A stretch of 64,000 nt of DNA from Dendrobates tinctorius (taxonomy: Eukaryota): the NCBI RefSeq assembly GCF_039654945.1, contig NW_027361690.1, forward strand, positions 63,302,001-63,366,000. Reading direction: 5' to 3'. Of the stretch, positions 60,501 through 64,000 are shown piece by piece (the first letter of the stretch is position 1; each line of letters begins with the position of its first letter). The translations under genes were made by a program, and so were the position numbers. Below the pieces are notes generated by a model that was not told the origin of the DNA, did not search any database, and saw nothing but the letters and a program-made list of their open reading frames with translations.

Positions 60501-62944
60501 CCCTAAAAATCGCTGCAGCGCTTTTAGCGACTTGGGTTGCACCCAAGTTTTAATAGGTTGGATCTTGGCAGGATCCATACGGAAGCCTGTGCTTGAAACC
60601 ACATATCCTAAAAATTGTACCTCCTCCGCAAAAAAAACACATTTCTCCAGTTTAGCAAACAGGGAGTGTTCTCGCAGTCTCTGCAGTACAGAGCGAACGT
60701 GCTGAGCATGTGTCACAGGGTCAGCAGAATAAATCAAAATGTCATCTAAATACACGACGACATACACCCCACAAATGTCCCTGAAAATGTCATTTACAAA
60801 GTGCTGGAACACGGCAGGTGCGTTACTGAGTCCGAAGGGCATTACCAAAGTACTCAAAGTGGCCAAGAGGGGTATTAAAGGCTGTTTTCCACTCATCCCC
60901 GTCTCTTATGCGGACTAGATTGTATGCCCCCCGGAGGTCCAGTTTAGTAAACCAACGGGCTCCCATTAGCTGATTAAAAAGATCAGGGATGAGTGGAAGC
61001 GGATACTGGTTCTTTATAGTGATTGCATTCAATTCCCGGTAATCAATGCAGGGTCTGAGACCACCATCTTTCTTTTCTACAAAGAAGAAGCCAGCTCCAA
61101 CTGGTGAAATGGACGGTCTAATAAACCCCTTTTTTAAGCTATCAGCTATGTACTCGTTCATAGCCTGACGCTCTGGACCTGAGAGATTAAATATTCTCCC
61201 TTTTGGGAGACGGGCATCTGGAATCAGATCTATAGGGCAATCATACTTTCTGTGAGGGGGTAGCTTTTCAGATTTTGCAATAGAAAAGACATCCTCAAAA
61301 TCTCTGAAGGCAAACGGTATGTGGAGGGGTTTAACTTTAACTTGGTTTACTGTTAGCGATATGCAGTTTTCCTGACAGTGTGAACTCCAGCGTATAACAT
61401 CGCCTAGGTGCCAGTCGATGACTGGATTATGCTGGCGTAGCCATGGCATTCCCAAAATGACTGCAGCAGACAAATTATCCATCACAAAAAATGACATAAC
61501 CTCGGTATGCAGTGCTCCCACCAACATAGTGATTTTGTCAGTAACAAATTTAACCCCCTCCTGGACAATAGATGTGCCATTAATAGCCGTAGTTTTTATA
61601 GGGGCATTAAGTCTTAATAGGGGTACACCGAGACTTTTAGCAACCAAAGAATCCATAAAATTCCCTTCAGATCCACAATCCACATATGCGTTCACACACT
61701 GAGATTTCTGACCAAAAGAAAGGGCAATAGGCAATAAAACTTTAGCCGCATCTGCGGGCAATACCTGTGCCCCTGGGCAACCATAGCCAGAGTTGCCCAG
61801 AGGCCGATGTCTCAGTAGTATGGATCTCTGACGCTCAGCTCTCTCTCTGAAGGCTCCAGACTGCAGCATACTGGTGCAGGAAGATGAAAGTGCTCCTTCA
61901 GGCTGTGCACTGAACCAGGTGTTTAGGCCAGAAATCAGCTCAGTCAGAAGAAGGGAGAGAAAAAAAAAGTTCAGGGAGACTGCTTTTGTATATGCTGGAT
62001 ATATACACAAGAAGCAGTTTTTTTTTATGTGGCCAGATATAATGTGACGTCCGCCTGCGGGTCTGGGCTGCAGCCAGGCAACACCCCGAGAAACACTGAT
62101 ACCCTTTACCCCTATACAGGGATCTGGATTTATAGCAGAGCCCAGGAGGCGCTGTCTGAATAGGAGCAGTGAACAGAGCAGGACGGTCGCCAGAAAGGTG
62201 TTCCAATACGGGACACAAACGTGGAGATATGCGAGTCTAAACCAGTCGGGCAGCAATGGTACAAAAACGGTAGACAGAAGCAGAGTCAGATTCAGGCCAA
62301 GAGTCATAAACCAGGAGAGTAGCAGAGGTACAGAATCGTTAGGCAGAAGCAGAGTCAGATTCAGGCCAAAAGTCATAAACCAGGAGAGTAGCAGAGGTAC
62401 AGAATCGTTAGGCAGAAGGAGAGTCAGAAGTCCAGGCCAAAGTCAGTCAGAAAGTAATACACACAGGGGAACCAAGAATATATCCGGCGGCTTGCAAGAC
62501 CAGTCCCAAGGTATTTCAGGGATCAGGTCACCCCTCATAGGTTCCTGTACTGATGATGTCATCAGTACCGCCCCCAGGACCAGGCCAGATGGAGATGCAG
62601 TAACCTCTTGATGACTGACAGAGGGGTGGAGCCTGCGTCCACCAGATGCCTGCGCCGGTGCCCTTACTCTGTCAGCACCATAACTCCCGGGCGAGCCATG
62701 GTGCCTCCTAGTGACCGCGACAGGAGCAGCAGACCCAGAATTTAATGGCGACGTGACAGACCGGCGCCTCCTAGAGGCTAAAGCTGGGACAGTAGGCTCT
62801 GAGCCTGACGTGACAGAATCACGGCCCCTTCCAGTGGCCGTGGCACGAACAGCCGTCCCTGAGTCTGACGATAAACTGGCGGTCCGGCGCCTCCTAGTGG
62901 CCGCGACCGGAACAGCAGGCCCTAAGTCTGGCGGAAACGTGACA
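57556..62944 (-). mobile_element. Gypsy chromovirus (Tf1/sushi-like) LTR retrotransposon lacking gag
   Basis: LTRs at 57556-58480 and 62043-62944 (TGT..ACA), TSD GGACT, PPT at 58484-58493. Confidence 0.97.
58458..61790 (-). pseudogene. pol: pol: protease, RT, RNase H, integrase, chromodomain; one frameshift near 60850
   Basis: [51 protein letters not shown]. Confidence 0.95.
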
Positions 62945-64000
62945 GGACTGGGGAATTCACAATTTGACTTGATAACCCGGGCATGGTATGATAGAAAGAG
63001 CTACATGGACTAATGTGAAGTGTGGCCTGCTGCATCATTCAATTTTGGTGGGGGTGAAGGACACAAGGAAAAGGGTTCTTCCTGACCAGGAGCCAGCACT
63101 TGACGACTCAGTGCTTGCATTTTTTGAAACTTCAGAAGAGGAGGGCATATTTGCTGGAGTCTGTTTCAGCAATGTACAGTAAGCGAAAACCAGTTCCTGA
63201 TGCTCCGGCTTTAAAAGCGGTTAACCTACTCCCAGAAAAGGTAGCCTTCCAGGCGTCCCGGAGCCAGACCATGACGCAGGCTCAACACCTCCTGCCTTAG
63301 CTGCTATTGTGCTTTTGCCACTACCAGCAGATGCACCACCACCATCAGTACCAGCTGGCCCCCCCCACGCCCACGTCCGCGGCCTCTTCCACCATACTTC
63401 CAAATTTTGGAGAAAATGTACCCAAAATAACATCAGATATATGGTACTATATCAGAAGCATACAGCTCTATACAGTCAAAGGATAATTGTCAATCTCCCT
63501 ATATATTTCGTGAGTCACACAGAGACACTCACAGGCTCAGTATGGATTAGACAAGAATATAAAAAGTAGAAAAAGGGTACAGCATCATCAGATACCAGGT
63601 ATATATAGTATAGTTTAAACATTCTAAATCTCTGTATATATTTCAGGAGGCAGACACAGACGCTCTCAGGCTCAGCATGGATTACAACACAATATAAAAA
63701 GCCGTAAAACGGTAATGGATCTGAAGCATTCAGCTGTACACAGTGTAGGGGTCATTGTCAATCTCAGTATTTATTTCCACAGTCAGAAACAGACTCTCAA
63801 TTGGTCAGTTTGGATAAGACCAGAATATAAAAAGCAGTAAATGGGTAATGTATCACAAGCGTAGAGCTGTATACAGTGTTGGGGTAATTTTTAAATCTAC
63901 ATATAAATTGCAGGAGTAACCCACAGACTCTCACACGCTCAGGATGAATCACGCCCCAATATAAAAAGAAGATCCGCAAGAAATAATCACACATGTGGGC

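Larger units (their letters stand above)
56149..64000 (-). mobile_element. Internally deleted hAT relic interrupted by LTR elements
   Basis: TIR at 56149; acidic transposase-N-terminus-like remnants at 56400-56930 and 62950-63400 (GRGRGRG); degenerate ~130-bp subterminal repeats at 63430-64000. Confidence 0.45.

Noticed and set aside
61800-62376. N-terminal part of the 517-aa ORF as gag
   Set aside because: It reads through LTR and leader sequence and has no capsid or CCHC motif.

Overview
This is not prokaryotic DNA. It is an AT-rich, repeat-saturated vertebrate intergenic or intronic window; the repeat spectrum suggests a frog (inference). No host protein-coding gene could be supported. 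Almost everything is nested transposable elements: three CR1 LINEs, two Penelope-like (RT plus GIY-YIG, Neptune-type) retroelements, a gag-less chromodomain Gypsy element with both LTRs and a 5-bp TSD, several solo LTRs, decayed hAT transposons, Helitrons carrying minisatellites, piggyBac-like and Harbinger-like MITEs, Tc1 remnants and tRNA-derived SINEs. The most striking signal, invisible in the ORF track, is about 9 minimal type I hammerhead ribozyme (HHR) motifs plus one half-site. Two have fully canonical cores and lie in related non-coding units: a 352-nt unit present as about 1.8 tandem copies (27867-28502, minus, 10-bp TSD) and a 401-nt unit with terminal redundancy (23029-23453, plus). 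The two units are circularly permuted relative to each other and share compensatory base-pair changes, as expected of retrozyme or viroid-like circular RNAs copied into the genome, plausibly by Penelope RT. The other HHRs sit in Penelope pseudo-LTRs and fold-back inserts, some with U3:A8 or A3:U8 core variants. The Gypsy element shows a Tf1-type self-priming signature. All calls are by eye; approximate boundaries are marked.
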